Position numbers and translations under genes: made by a program
The notes under the pieces: generated by a model
What the model was told of the DNA's origin: nothing
The model's input: the letters and a program-made list of their open reading frames with translations, nothing else
Databases searched by the model: none
NCBI GenBank assembly: GCA_963715335.1
Contig: CAVQRZ010000005.1
Coordinates: 148,578 to 212,577 of the forward strand
Origin: an uncultured delta proteobacterium
Lineage (GTDB): Bacteria > Desulfobacterota > Desulfuromonadia > Desulfuromonadales > BM103
Length of the DNA stretch: 64,000 nucleotides
Direction: 5' to 3'
In this document: positions 18,101 through 26,736 of the stretch, piece by piece
Layout: every line of letters starts with the position of its first letter
Position numbering within the stretch: the first letter of the stretch is position 1

Positions 18101-19107
18101 CCGGCTACACCGAAAAAATCCGACAATGGGCGATGGATACCCGCTACACAGGCCGCCTGGTCGATGCCGATGGCATCGGCGAAGTCGGTCTCGGCTTCTC
18201 CGAGGCCGGCACTCGCCTGGCAGTCAGGTTTGCCCTCAAGACCCGGTTCGACCGGGTCACGGACATCCGTTTTCAAGTATTCGGTTGCGGCTTCACGATC
18301 GCCGCATGCGCTGTTGCCGCGGACATGTCGGCAAGAAACACCCTCGAAAACGTTAACCGGATCAACCCACGACAGATCGATAAAGCCCTCGATGGGCTCC
18401 CAGCAGAGCGAAGTTACTGCGCTGTACTGGCTATCGAAGCGCTGCATGCCGCAGTGAAAAGCGCTCGCAATGGTCGCCAGCCGGTCCAGGCAAGCCTGTC
18501 TGCAGAAACCGATCACGGGCCTCGGGTCACGGCAGAAAACCCTGTTTATACAGCCCTGGTCAACAGCCCGCAACCGAGCCATGTCACCTGGGAGGACCGG
18601 CACCTGTTCGCCTGCCTGTTGGCTGTTGCCGCCAGCGAACATTGCGATCTGGCAGAGGCTCTCGGTCTGGACGCCGATGACCTGGCAGCGATCCTGGATC
18701 ATTTTTTCCCTTCTGCCGACCATGACCTCCTTGACCGGCATGCCGTTCCCTGCGAAAATACGCCCCCGGAGGTCAACGAGGACATCCTGAAAATCCTGCT
18801 CCGCCACATTCCCATTGAGGCCGGCGCTCGTGACCTGCTCATCGCAACCTCACTCTGTAAAATCCTGGCTGCACGTGCCGCCCATCCCGGCCACCTCTGG
18901 ATCGCCATGGGCCTGTTCGAGAGGCCGCAACTGAGCGCCGCAATCCGCCGCCACCTCCCCACCCTGGCGAAGGCCAACAGGCAAAACATGCGCTGGAAGC
19001 GTTACCTGTTCAAGCAGGTCTGTGATTTGAACGGGGGAGTGATGTGCAAGTCGCCGAATTGCGGCGTATGCAGTGACTATGCCTTGTGTTTTGCACGTGA
19101 CGAGTAA
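18097..19107 (+). CDS. nifQ: Fusion of a NifU/IscU-like N-terminal domain and a NifQ domain
   Basis: N-terminal IRFQVFGCGFTIAAC..LDGLPAERSYCA (IscU-like). C-terminal HLWIAMGL..NRQNMRWKRYL..CKSPNCGVCSDYALC (NifQ Cx4Cx2Cx5C). ATGA overlap with nifN. Confidence 0.8.
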   Translation: MTGYTEKIRQWAMDTRYTGRLVDADGIGEVGLGFSEAGTRLAVRFALKTRFDRVTDIRFQVFGCGFTIAACAVAADMSARNTLENVNRINPRQIDKALDGLPAERSYCAVLAIEALHAAVKSARNGRQPVQASLSAETDHGPRVTAENPVYTALVNSPQPSHVTWEDRHLFACLLAVAASEHCDLAEALGLDADDLAAILDHFFPSADHDLLDRHAVPCENTPPEVNEDILKILLRHIPIEAGARDLLIATSLCKILAARAAHPGHLWIAMGLFERPQLSAAIRRHLPTLAKANRQNMRWKRYLFKQVCDLNGGVMCKSPNCGVCSDYALCFARDE

Positions 19108-19271
19108 TTATCTACAGTCAGAATGTCCGTGTAGCGGCCAGCCAAGGTTCATGTTAGTTTAGTGCAAAAGGAGCTGCCATTCTGCCTGCGAACATCCATA
19201 AACTGACTTCTGACGAGATATCTGAGATTGCGGACAGGACCAGGGCCTCTTTTCTGGCCGCAACCAAGCAG

Positions 19272-20138
19272 ATGAGGATCGACAACGACCTGGAGCAGGC
19301 GTTGATCGATCTCTATATCCCCCTGGCGGCGTGCCTTGCAGGACAAGCCGATGAATATGGTGCAACCCGGGTCATCGGTGTCAATGGTGCTCAAGGATCC
19401 GGCAAATCAACCTTGTGCACGCTGTTGCAGATTGTACTGCAAGAGGGTTTTGCAAAACGTGTCGCATCCTTCTCAATTGACGATATCTACCTGCCCCGCG
19501 CTGAGCGTGTGAGACTGGCAGAAAAGGTTCATCCTCTCCTGATGACCCGAGGTGTCCCCGGCACCCATGATGTTGCCCTTGGCCTGCAATTGCTGACCGA
19601 GCTCAGAGCCCTCAAGGCAGGCCAGTCTGTCGATCTCCCGGTATTCGACAAGTCCATCGACGATCGTTCGCCGGAGAAAGATTTCCGCCAGGTGAAAGGC
19701 CCCGTCAACCTGGTCCTTTTCGAAGGCTGGTGCGTCGGCGCCAGGCCCCAGCGGGATCAGGCCCTGTCGATACCGGTCAACCGCCTTGAGCGTCTTGAGG
19801 ACCCCGACCGGGTCTGGCGGCGCTATGTTAACAAACAGCTGGGAAATGACTACAAACAGCTGTTCAGTGAAATCGACTTCCTGATCATGCTCAAAATCCC
19901 GGGAATGTCCAGCGTCATGGAGTGGCGCAGCAAACAGGAACACAAGCTGGCCAAGGCCTCTCCGGGTGGACAAAGGATCATGGACAGCGCCGCGCTGCAG
20001 CGGTTCATCATGCATTACGAACGACTGACCAGGGCGATGCTGACAGAGATGCCGGAACGGGCAGACTTGATCTTTATGCTGGACCAGAAACACCAGATCG
20101 AGAGTGTGCAGATTAACAACGAGCGCCTTGTACTATAA
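19272..20138 (+). CDS. P-loop kinase, GLYK/Tda10-like (D-glycerate 3-kinase-like)
   Basis: GAQGSGKST, SIDDIYL, TRGVPGTHD, FDKSIDDR, LFEGWCVG, FIMHYERLT. Confidence 0.7.
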   Translation: MRIDNDLEQALIDLYIPLAACLAGQADEYGATRVIGVNGAQGSGKSTLCTLLQIVLQEGFAKRVASFSIDDIYLPRAERVRLAEKVHPLLMTRGVPGTHDVALGLQLLTELRALKAGQSVDLPVFDKSIDDRSPEKDFRQVKGPVNLVLFEGWCVGARPQRDQALSIPVNRLERLEDPDRVWRRYVNKQLGNDYKQLFSEIDFLIMLKIPGMSSVMEWRSKQEHKLAKASPGGQRIMDSAALQRFIMHYERLTRAMLTEMPERADLIFMLDQKHQIESVQINNERLVL

Positions 20139-20522
20139 AAAGTTCGGTGACAGTTCCCTTTTTTAACGTCGGGTCGATGAAATCCGACAACTGTCACCGA
20201 ATTCCATACCAACAGAGACCCCTGGCCGATCCCACGTGCAGATTCGCGACAGCTTGAACCCTTCACCCGTAAATTCTGCACAGAAGCCGACATTAAAGAC
20301 TTGCCGTTCAAGCCATCAACTCTTGTATAACTGCCCCCTGATTTAAGCCTTCCGGCGATTTCCAAAAAAGACGTTAGATTATTGTAATTTTTTGTCAAAC
20401 AGTTATAGTCACGTAGTTCACCGTTAAATAAAACCTTGCCTGGGACGATTGTACGAGAACTTTTGTTTGTTTACACAAGTTCCATGTCGTATCGCTCTAA
20501 CTAAACACTGCCGGGAGATGTT

Positions 20523-22604
20523 ATGTTTTCGAGACTCATTGCCCTGTTCTTTTCAATCACGCTCATTTTCTGTTCATCACCGCTCTTCGCTGCAGAGCCG
20601 ATCATGCTCGAAGAAATTGTCGTCAAGGGAGCAGAACTCCCCTCAAATGAAGAGACCTTGACGATTCGCGAGGTGCGCGAGAGCCCGGCACGCGACATCG
20701 GAGAAGCGGTCGAAATGCTCCCGGGCCTGTTCGCCCTGCGCAAGGGCGCGATTGCCAACGACATCGTACTGCGCGGCCAGCAGGGGGATGACATTAACGT
20801 GCTGATGGACGGGGTGCGCGTCCAGGGAGGATGTCCATCAAGGATGGACCCGCCGGCGTTCCATTTCGATTTTGCCGAAGTTGAGTCAATCGAAGTCGTA
20901 AAAGGTCCGTACGATCTGCGCTATGCCGGCGGCATGGGGGGATTGGTCAATGCCGTCAGCAAGAGTCCCAAACCGGGGCTGCACCTGTCTGCAGTCGCAA
21001 CTTACGGTTCCTACGAGCAGGTGCAAACCTCGGTGACCGGATCCTATGCCACCGACAGCTCCTCCGTGCTGGCGGGATACGCCTACAAATACTCACTGCC
21101 GCCTAAGTCCGGCGACGGCAAGCGGATCACCGATATCTATCCGGCGACCAGCCCGAACCGTTATCGTGACAGCAAGCTGGATTCCAGGGCCTATGACATC
21201 AATACCGCCTGGGTCAAAGGTGGTTACCAGCTGACCGGTAAAACCCGAACCGAACTCGGCTTCGCCTACCAGGATGCCGACCATGTCCTCTACCCGGCCC
21301 TGTACATGGACGCCGAATATGACCGGACCAAGCGCCTCAACTGGACGACCACGGTCGATTCCCCTGCAGAGCTTATCGACGAGATCAAGCTCCAGCTCTA
21401 CTGGACCGATGTCGAGCATCTGATGCACGACGAATTCCGCGTAAGCTCCACGAGACCGATGGTCACCAGGGATTATATGATGGAAACCGACGCCGACACC
21501 ACCATCGTCGGCGGCAACCTGAGCGGTGCCGCAGCCGTAGGCCCCGGGCAGTTGAACGGTGGCCTCGACCTCTTCTATCGCAACTGGGACGCCACCAACC
21601 GGAGTGCCATGTACATGGGCTACGCAGCGCAGCCGATGATTCCCGATGTCGACGAGAACCAGGTCGGTTTGTTCACTGAGTATACCTGGCCGGTCACGGA
21701 TCAGGTCAAAGTCAAGGGCGGCCTGCGCCTCGACTACGCCGACGCCGATGCAACCAAGCTCGACAGCAACCGGCTCAACACCCTTTACCAGCCATACTTT
21801 GCCGGTGAGAAGCTCCATGCAGACAACGACTTTTTCGAGCCATCGGCCAACCTGCAGCTCTTCTGGCAAGCCACGCAAGGGATCGAACTCTTCGCCGGCC
21901 TGGCTTCCGCCAGCCGCATGCCGGACCCCCAGGAGCTCTACATCGGCCTGCCGCGGATGGCACCGTCAACCAACTGGATCGGCAACCCGGCCCTTGATCC
22001 ACCGCGCAACAACCAGGCCGACCTCGGTATCAAGTTCACCGGGGAGACGTTCTTCGTTAACAGCTCAATCTTCTACAGCCGGATCGACGACTACATCAAT
22101 ATCGCCAATCTTGCTGACCCGGATGGCCTGGGCATGCTGCCGGCAGCCAAAAGCTATCAGAATATCGATGCCAGGCTCTGGGGCGGTGAACTGTCCTCAC
22201 AGGTCTCGCTGCCACTCGACCTCTACCTGATGGGGAATCTTTCCTACACCGAGGGGGAGAATCTCGATACCGATGAGCCTCTTGCCGAAATCCCACCCCT
22301 GAGCGGTTCGATCGGCCTGCGCTATGACAACGGCACGTGGTTCGCTGAAATTCAGGAAAAATTTGCCGCCAAGCAGGATCGCGTCGACGACGACCTCAAC
22401 GAGGAAGAAACCAGCGGCTGGGGGATCACCGATCTCAAGGCCGGGGCCAACCTTGATCGCTGGTCGGTGATTGCCGGCGTCAACAACCTGTTCGACAAGT
22501 TCTACTACACGCACCTTTCCTACCAGCGCGATCCGTTTCGGACCGGCGCAAGAGTACCGGAGACAGGAGCTTTTGCCTTCGTGACGGTCATGTACAAATA
22601 CTGA
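20523..22604 (+). CDS. TonB-dependent receptor, OprC/NosA-like
   Basis: Signal peptide, LEEIVVKG TonB box, plug GGCPSRMDPP (CxxxM), EHLMHD (HxM), Met-rich loops, aromatic C-terminus. Confidence 0.8.
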   Translation: MFSRLIALFFSITLIFCSSPLFAAEPIMLEEIVVKGAELPSNEETLTIREVRESPARDIGEAVEMLPGLFALRKGAIANDIVLRGQQGDDINVLMDGVRVQGGCPSRMDPPAFHFDFAEVESIEVVKGPYDLRYAGGMGGLVNAVSKSPKPGLHLSAVATYGSYEQVQTSVTGSYATDSSSVLAGYAYKYSLPPKSGDGKRITDIYPATSPNRYRDSKLDSRAYDINTAWVKGGYQLTGKTRTELGFAYQDADHVLYPALYMDAEYDRTKRLNWTTTVDSPAELIDEIKLQLYWTDVEHLMHDEFRVSSTRPMVTRDYMMETDADTTIVGGNLSGAAAVGPGQLNGGLDLFYRNWDATNRSAMYMGYAAQPMIPDVDENQVGLFTEYTWPVTDQVKVKGGLRLDYADADATKLDSNRLNTLYQPYFAGEKLHADNDFFEPSANLQLFWQATQGIELFAGLASASRMPDPQELYIGLPRMAPSTNWIGNPALDPPRNNQADLGIKFTGETFFVNSSIFYSRIDDYINIANLADPDGLGMLPAAKSYQNIDARLWGGELSSQVSLPLDLYLMGNLSYTEGENLDTDEPLAEIPPLSGSIGLRYDNGTWFAEIQEKFAAKQDRVDDDLNEEETSGWGITDLKAGANLDRWSVIAGVNNLFDKFYYTHLSYQRDPFRTGARVPETGAFAFVTVMYKY

Positions 22605-22606
22605 GC

Positions 22607-23383
22607 ATGCCTTTCGCAACCAGGCACCGGGCAGCATTTCCCTCCCAGGAGGAACTCTGGAAGCAACCGCTGCTGCTTTCGTTGATCATTCACGCCGCTT
22701 TGCTCTGGGTTGCTACAACGTGGTGGCAGAAGAGTTATCGGGAGTTCAAACAACCGCCGCAGGTTATCGAAGTGGAGGTCGTCGAACGTACCGTGCCGGC
22801 GCCGGTTGCTCCTTTGGTAGCAAGGCCGGAACCTGTGCGACCGGCGCCAAAAGTACGCCCCTCTGCACCTCCGGCTCAACCGCAACCGAAGGAAATGGCC
22901 GTCACCCCGCCAAGACGGCAAGCGCCGACACAACGACAGGCCCCGGCTGCTTCGCAAGCTGAGCCGGTCCAGGTTGTGCCGGTCTCGGCAACCGGAGAAA
23001 TGGGCCAGCTTGACGAAAGACCGGCAGCACAGGACAACATGGCAACTAAGACAACGCTCGAGGCGAGCCCTGCGGTCAGCCTTGAGCAGACGATCGACAT
23101 TGAAAAGGCCTACCAACAACAGCTCAAGGAACTGATCGAAAGATACAAGCAGTATCCTCTGCTCGCCCGCAAGGGAAGGCAGCAGGGGCCGGTCTTGGTC
23201 GAGTTTAGCCTACGTAAGACGGGAGAGGTGGGCTCGGTTCAGGTGACACAATCATCAGGACATCGCCTGCTCGACCGTGCCGCACTCCAGGCTGTCAGGT
23301 CCGTAGACAAGTTCCCCGCCTTACCTGAAGGGTTACCTGAAGACACAAAATTCCGGATCTCCATCAACTTTTCTCTCGAGTGA
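22607..23383 (+). CDS. tonB: TonB energy transducer
   Basis: SLIIHAALL TM anchor, Pro-rich linker, YPLLARKGRQQG.V.V.F..SSGHRLLDRAAL C-terminal domain. Confidence 0.85.
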   Translation: MPFATRHRAAFPSQEELWKQPLLLSLIIHAALLWVATTWWQKSYREFKQPPQVIEVEVVERTVPAPVAPLVARPEPVRPAPKVRPSAPPAQPQPKEMAVTPPRRQAPTQRQAPAASQAEPVQVVPVSATGEMGQLDERPAAQDNMATKTTLEASPAVSLEQTIDIEKAYQQQLKELIERYKQYPLLARKGRQQGPVLVEFSLRKTGEVGSVQVTQSSGHRLLDRAALQAVRSVDKFPALPEGLPEDTKFRISINFSLE

Positions 23384-23421
23384 ACGGCCTTGCCAACCAA
23401 ATCGGCAGGCCTTGTCATGTC

Positions 23422-24159
23422 CTAAAGTAAAAACATCTTCCCCCCGGCCATCACCAGCATCAACGACATCGCCTTGAGAATGGTTGCCACCGGCAGGTGA
23501 CGGCTGCCACAGAGCGCGCCGATTGTGCCGCCGAGCAGCGCAGCCCCTGCAAGCAGCGGCGCAAACTCGGGGACGTGCTGCAGGCTGCTCATATGGCCAA
23601 GCAGGCCGGAGATCGAGTTGACCAGGATAAAGAGGGCTGCAATTCCAGAGACTTCACGAACCCTGGCCCAGCGCAGCAAAATCATCAAGGGGCTGAGAAA
23701 GATCCCGCCACCCACGCCGATCATGCCGGAGGCGAAACCGAGCACGCCCCCGACTACCATGGCCAAAGGAATATTGGGCGCCTTGGCATCGTAATCATCT
23801 TGCTTGCGGCGGGCGAACAGGCGCCACGCGGCAAACAACAGTACTACGCCGAGTGCCGGGCGATAGAGTTCCGGCGGCAGGCTGAAGGTTCCGCCGAGGA
23901 AACTAGCCGGAATCGAGGTGATCACGAAGGGCCAGAAGATCCGCCACGAGAACTGCCTGGCACTGCAGTAGAGATAGGTTCCAACCCCGGCGACGACGAT
24001 ATTGAGCAGCAAGGCTGTCGGCTTGAGCGCCTCCGGATGCAAACTGAACAGCGCCATTACCGCCAGGTAGCCTGAGGCCCCGCCATGACCGACACTGGCG
24101 TACATCATGGCTACGATGAAGATGCAAACGGCCAGAAAGGGGAGAAGTTCTGGACTCAT
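23422..24159 (-). CDS. TSUP (TauE/SafE) family permease
   Basis: YASVGHGGASGY, SGMIGVGGGIFLSP, FILVNSISGL; very hydrophobic; starts 36 nt after the nifB stop. Confidence 0.85.
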   Translation of the reverse strand: MSPELLPFLAVCIFIVAMMYASVGHGGASGYLAVMALFSLHPEALKPTALLLNIVVAGVGTYLYCSARQFSWRIFWPFVITSIPASFLGGTFSLPPELYRPALGVVLLFAAWRLFARRKQDDYDAKAPNIPLAMVVGGVLGFASGMIGVGGGIFLSPLMILLRWARVREVSGIAALFILVNSISGLLGHMSSLQHVPEFAPLLAGAALLGGTIGALCGSRHLPVATILKAMSLMLVMAGGKMFLL

Positions 24160-24195
24160 GATATGCCTCCTGAAGTCGGCAGCTTATAGTTGCGG

Positions 24196-25062
24196 TTAGG
24201 CGCTGAGTGCTTCCAGGTCAATATCCTGCCCGACGACACCTGCCGCATCGGCCCGGCACTGCTTGCAATGCCTGGCCTGGGAGAGGATCAGTTCTGCCTG
24301 GTTGCGCAACATCTCCATGGTTGCGACGGACGGTGGTTCGATATCCCTGAAGAGGCCGATCGGGATCACCGGGATGATGTTCATCATTTCGGCACCCAGC
24401 TCGCGGACTTTCACTGCAAGGTCGAGCGTTTCATGATCGTTGATGCCGGGGATGTAGACATGGTTGACCTTGACCATCATGCCGGCAGCAGCGGCATATC
24501 GGACACCGTCGAGCTGACGCTTGAGCAGCACAGAAGCGCCTTCTTCGCCATAAAGACGCTGGCCATGAAAATTGACCCACTCATAAACCTTGGCCCCGGT
24601 TTTCGCAGCCAGTGCATTGATCGTGACGGTAACGCTATGCACGCCCAGTCTCTGTAGCTTATCGAGATGTTCGGTCAACAGCAGGCCGTTGGTCGAAAGA
24701 CACAGGGTCATCTCCGGGAACGCTTGCTTGATAAGTTTGAACGTCTCAAAGGTCTTCGGGTTGGCCAGCGGATCACCTGGGCCGGCGATACCGACGACCT
24801 TGAGCCGGGCGCCACCGTTCATTTCCATGTGGCGCTTGACAATCCGCACCCGTTCAATCGCCTGTTCGGGATTCAGAACCTTGCTGGTCACACCGGGACG
24901 GCTTTCATTGGCACAATCAAATTTTCTCTCGCAGAACCCGCACTTGATATTACAGCCCGGGGCAACCGGCAGGTGAATCCTGCCAGACTTGCTATGGTCT
25001 CCGCCAAAACAGGGGTGATCGGTCTGGCGCTGCATCTTCATCATCGGGCATCCGGTAGCCAT
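24196..25062 (-). CDS. nifB: NifB radical SAM protein (short form, no NifX domain)
   Basis: HPCF, RIHLPVAPGCNIKCGFC, NESRPG, AGPGDPLAN, CLSTNG, CKQCRADAAG; AAGGAG RBS before ATG 25062. Confidence 0.92.
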   Translation of the reverse strand: MATGCPMMKMQRQTDHPCFGGDHSKSGRIHLPVAPGCNIKCGFCERKFDCANESRPGVTSKVLNPEQAIERVRIVKRHMEMNGGARLKVVGIAGPGDPLANPKTFETFKLIKQAFPEMTLCLSTNGLLLTEHLDKLQRLGVHSVTVTINALAAKTGAKVYEWVNFHGQRLYGEEGASVLLKRQLDGVRYAAAAGMMVKVNHVYIPGINDHETLDLAVKVRELGAEMMNIIPVIPIGLFRDIEPPSVATMEMLRNQAELILSQARHCKQCRADAAGVVGQDIDLEALSA

Positions 25063-25082
25063 GATGGTTCTCCTTGCTTTCA

Positions 25083-25143
25083 AGAATTCAGTATCCAGAA
25101 TTCAGAATGAGAAATTCTACTGGCTACTGAATTCTGGATTCCC
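25083..25143. repeat. Heptamer tandem-repeat hairpin (AATTCAG-type) upstream of nifB
   Basis: AATTCAG TATCCAG AATTCAG AATG...TTCTACT GGCTACT GAATTCT GGATTCC. Confidence 0.6.
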
Positions 25144-25193
25144 GTTTTTTATTGGATGAGTCCACGCCTCTGCGTGAAACATTCTTTAAATAT

Positions 25194-25263
25194 AAAAACC
25201 CCGCGAAAACGTACTTCGCGAGGCGTCTTTGCCTTTTTCAGATGCGATACGACCCTGTATCGC
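25194..25263 (-). promoter_or_regulatory. ANTAR twin-hexaloop element with overlapping terminator (nifB leader)
   Basis: Minus strand GCGATAC-AGGGTC-GTATCGC, then AGGC-AAAGAC-GCCT, overlapping CCTCGCGAA..TTCGCGGGG-TTTTT. Confidence 0.82.
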
Positions 25264-25281
25264 CGGGTTTTTTTAAAAGTT

Positions 25282-25313
25282 GGCAGGGGAGGCCTTTCGG
25301 CACCTCCCCTGCC
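25282..25313 (-). terminator. GC-rich stem-loop upstream of the nifB attenuator (terminator or mRNA-processing/stability hairpin)
   Basis: 11-bp stem GGCAGGGGAGG/CCTCCCCTGCC, followed on - by AACTTTT. Confidence 0.45.
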
Positions 25314-25361
25314 CATGCCTTAGGCTATTGCATCTCTGGAAAAGGCATAAACTGACCGAAT

Positions 25362-25434
25362 CGTAAGGCGCAAAACGCGAGGGGCAACAAATTAAATGCT
25401 TCTCTCATTTCGCACCCCGCACTTTGCGCCTTAG
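25362..25434. repeat. Heptamer-type tandem-repeat hairpin
   Basis: TAAGGCGCAAAACGCGAGGGGC...TTTCGCACCCCGCACTTTGCGCCTTA. Confidence 0.6.
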
Positions 25435-25809
25435 TTATTTGTGTTCGCATTTCTCCGTGTTGCCTGCACATTTACCGTCACACACCGCGTCATGCGCCAT
25501 CTTCAGGGCCGGCTCGATCGGGCCTTCCACGCTGATGACCTTGAAACCAAGTTTTTCCAGTTCCTGTCTGGGCAACTCGCCGATCATGGCAGTCACAACC
25601 GCCTTGCAATCTTTGAGAGCTTCAGCAATGCCGTCAAACTGCACGTGCCGGAACGGGTGTTCCAGGTCGAAAGTGCAATACTTGTCGACCTTGACCTCAT
25701 CCACCTGGACCGGGTTCCCCTTGCGGTATTTGAAGATACGGAACTTTTCAGCATGGCCGAAGTGCTGGTCGACTTCGGTTCCTGTTCTAGAGGCGACTGC
25801 GATAAGCAT
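25435..25809 (-). CDS. NifB/NifX-family cofactor-binding protein
   Basis: IAVAS..VDQHFGHAEKF..KYC..LKDCKAVVTAMIG. Confidence 0.85.
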   Translation of the reverse strand: MLIAVASRTGTEVDQHFGHAEKFRIFKYRKGNPVQVDEVKVDKYCTFDLEHPFRHVQFDGIAEALKDCKAVVTAMIGELPRQELEKLGFKVISVEGPIEPALKMAHDAVCDGKCAGNTEKCEHK

Positions 25810-25830
25810 AATTTACTCCGCAAATTATGC

Positions 25831-25900
25831 GGTCGCTGGCAGCTTGAGGCTGGTGGCTGGAAAAATACCAGCCACTAGCCCCCAGTCCCCAGTCCCCGCT
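25831..25900. repeat. Heptamer tandem-repeat hairpin (CCCCAGT-like)
   Basis: GGCTGGTGGCTGG...CCAGCCACTAGCCCCCAGTCCCCAGTCCCC. Confidence 0.6.
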
Positions 25901-25902
25901 TT

Positions 25903-26172
25903 TCAGATTTCCATAGTTTTGAAAGTAAAGCACTTCTTCGGGCAGGCGACGCCGCAGCCGGCGCAACCGATACAGTTGTCCTGGTTGACAATCATCATGA
26001 TCATGCGGGTCGAATCTGTCTCCTCGTCGACCAGGTCCTGCGGTCCGAGCACCTTGCGGGCACAGGACTTGAAGCAGCGTCCGCAACCGATGCACTTCTC
26101 ATTGTCGATAGCCATGGCGAAGGTCGGCGTCCACTCCGCTCCGCCGTATGTTACTCCTGTTAGTAAAGCCAT
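25903..26172 (-). CDS. fdxB: nif-specific 2[4Fe-4S] ferredoxin (ferredoxin III type)
   Basis: G.T.GG.EWTP N-terminus, CIGCGRCFKSC and CIGCAGCGVACP. Confidence 0.8.
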   Translation of the reverse strand: MALLTGVTYGGAEWTPTFAMAIDNEKCIGCGRCFKSCARKVLGPQDLVDEETDSTRMIMMIVNQDNCIGCAGCGVACPKKCFTFKTMEI

Positions 26173-26227
26173 TTTTCATCTCCTCACGCTATTATTGAAC
26201 TACCAAACTTGCTTTAATAATCTGGGA

Positions 26228-26284
26228 AGTGCGAGGTGAGAGAAGCGAAAAAGCCTTTTCTCACTTCGCGCTTCGCGTCTCACG
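26228..26284. repeat. Heptamer tandem-repeat hairpin (CTTCGCR-type)
   Basis: AGTGCGAGGTGAGAGAAGCGA...TCTCACTTCGCGCTTCGCGTCTCACG. Confidence 0.65.
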
Positions 26285-26660
26285 AAAGTCTTTCACCCTT
26301 CAACATCGCCTTGCGCAACCATGGTGGGGGATTCCCTTTGAGCACTTCCTGGAGCTTCTCGACCACCACGGCTATCGGTTCCCGCTCCTTGCTTTTGATC
26401 GGGTGGATTTTCTTTGCTACCAGGCGGGCGGCCGCCGGGCCGCCAATCTCGCCGACATAAACCAGGGCACAGTCCGCCAGCGCCGCACCGCGGGCCTCGA
26501 TCTTGTCGTCGCTGTGCCCCGGCGCATCCTCAGACAGCACCTGGACCACGCCGCTGAAAGCAGCATCCTCCGGCCCGATATCCCAGATGTAAAACTCCTC
26601 GGCCTGGCCGAAATGCTCATCAACGTGCACCTTGTCAGTGCTGGCGAATGCGACTTTCAT
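26280..26660 (-). CDS. nifX: NifX
   Basis: MKVAFASTD..VDEHFG..DDKIEAR..DCALVY..IGGPAAARLV..HPIK..PPPWLRKAM. Confidence 0.9.
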   Translation of the reverse strand: MKVAFASTDKVHVDEHFGQAEEFYIWDIGPEDAAFSGVVQVLSEDAPGHSDDKIEARGAALADCALVYVGEIGGPAAARLVAKKIHPIKSKEREPIAVVVEKLQEVLKGNPPPWLRKAMLKGERLS

Positions 26661-26736
26661 GCTCAATCCTTTTTTCGGGTTACCGACTATTTCCAGTCGT
26701 CTGGTTCGAATCATTATTTACATCCTGATTTGGGAT

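Noticed and set aside
25314..25360. Dedicated sigma54 promoter for nifB
   Set aside because: No convincing TGGCAC-N5-TTGC match upstream of the nifB ANTAR element; nifB is probably reached by read-through.
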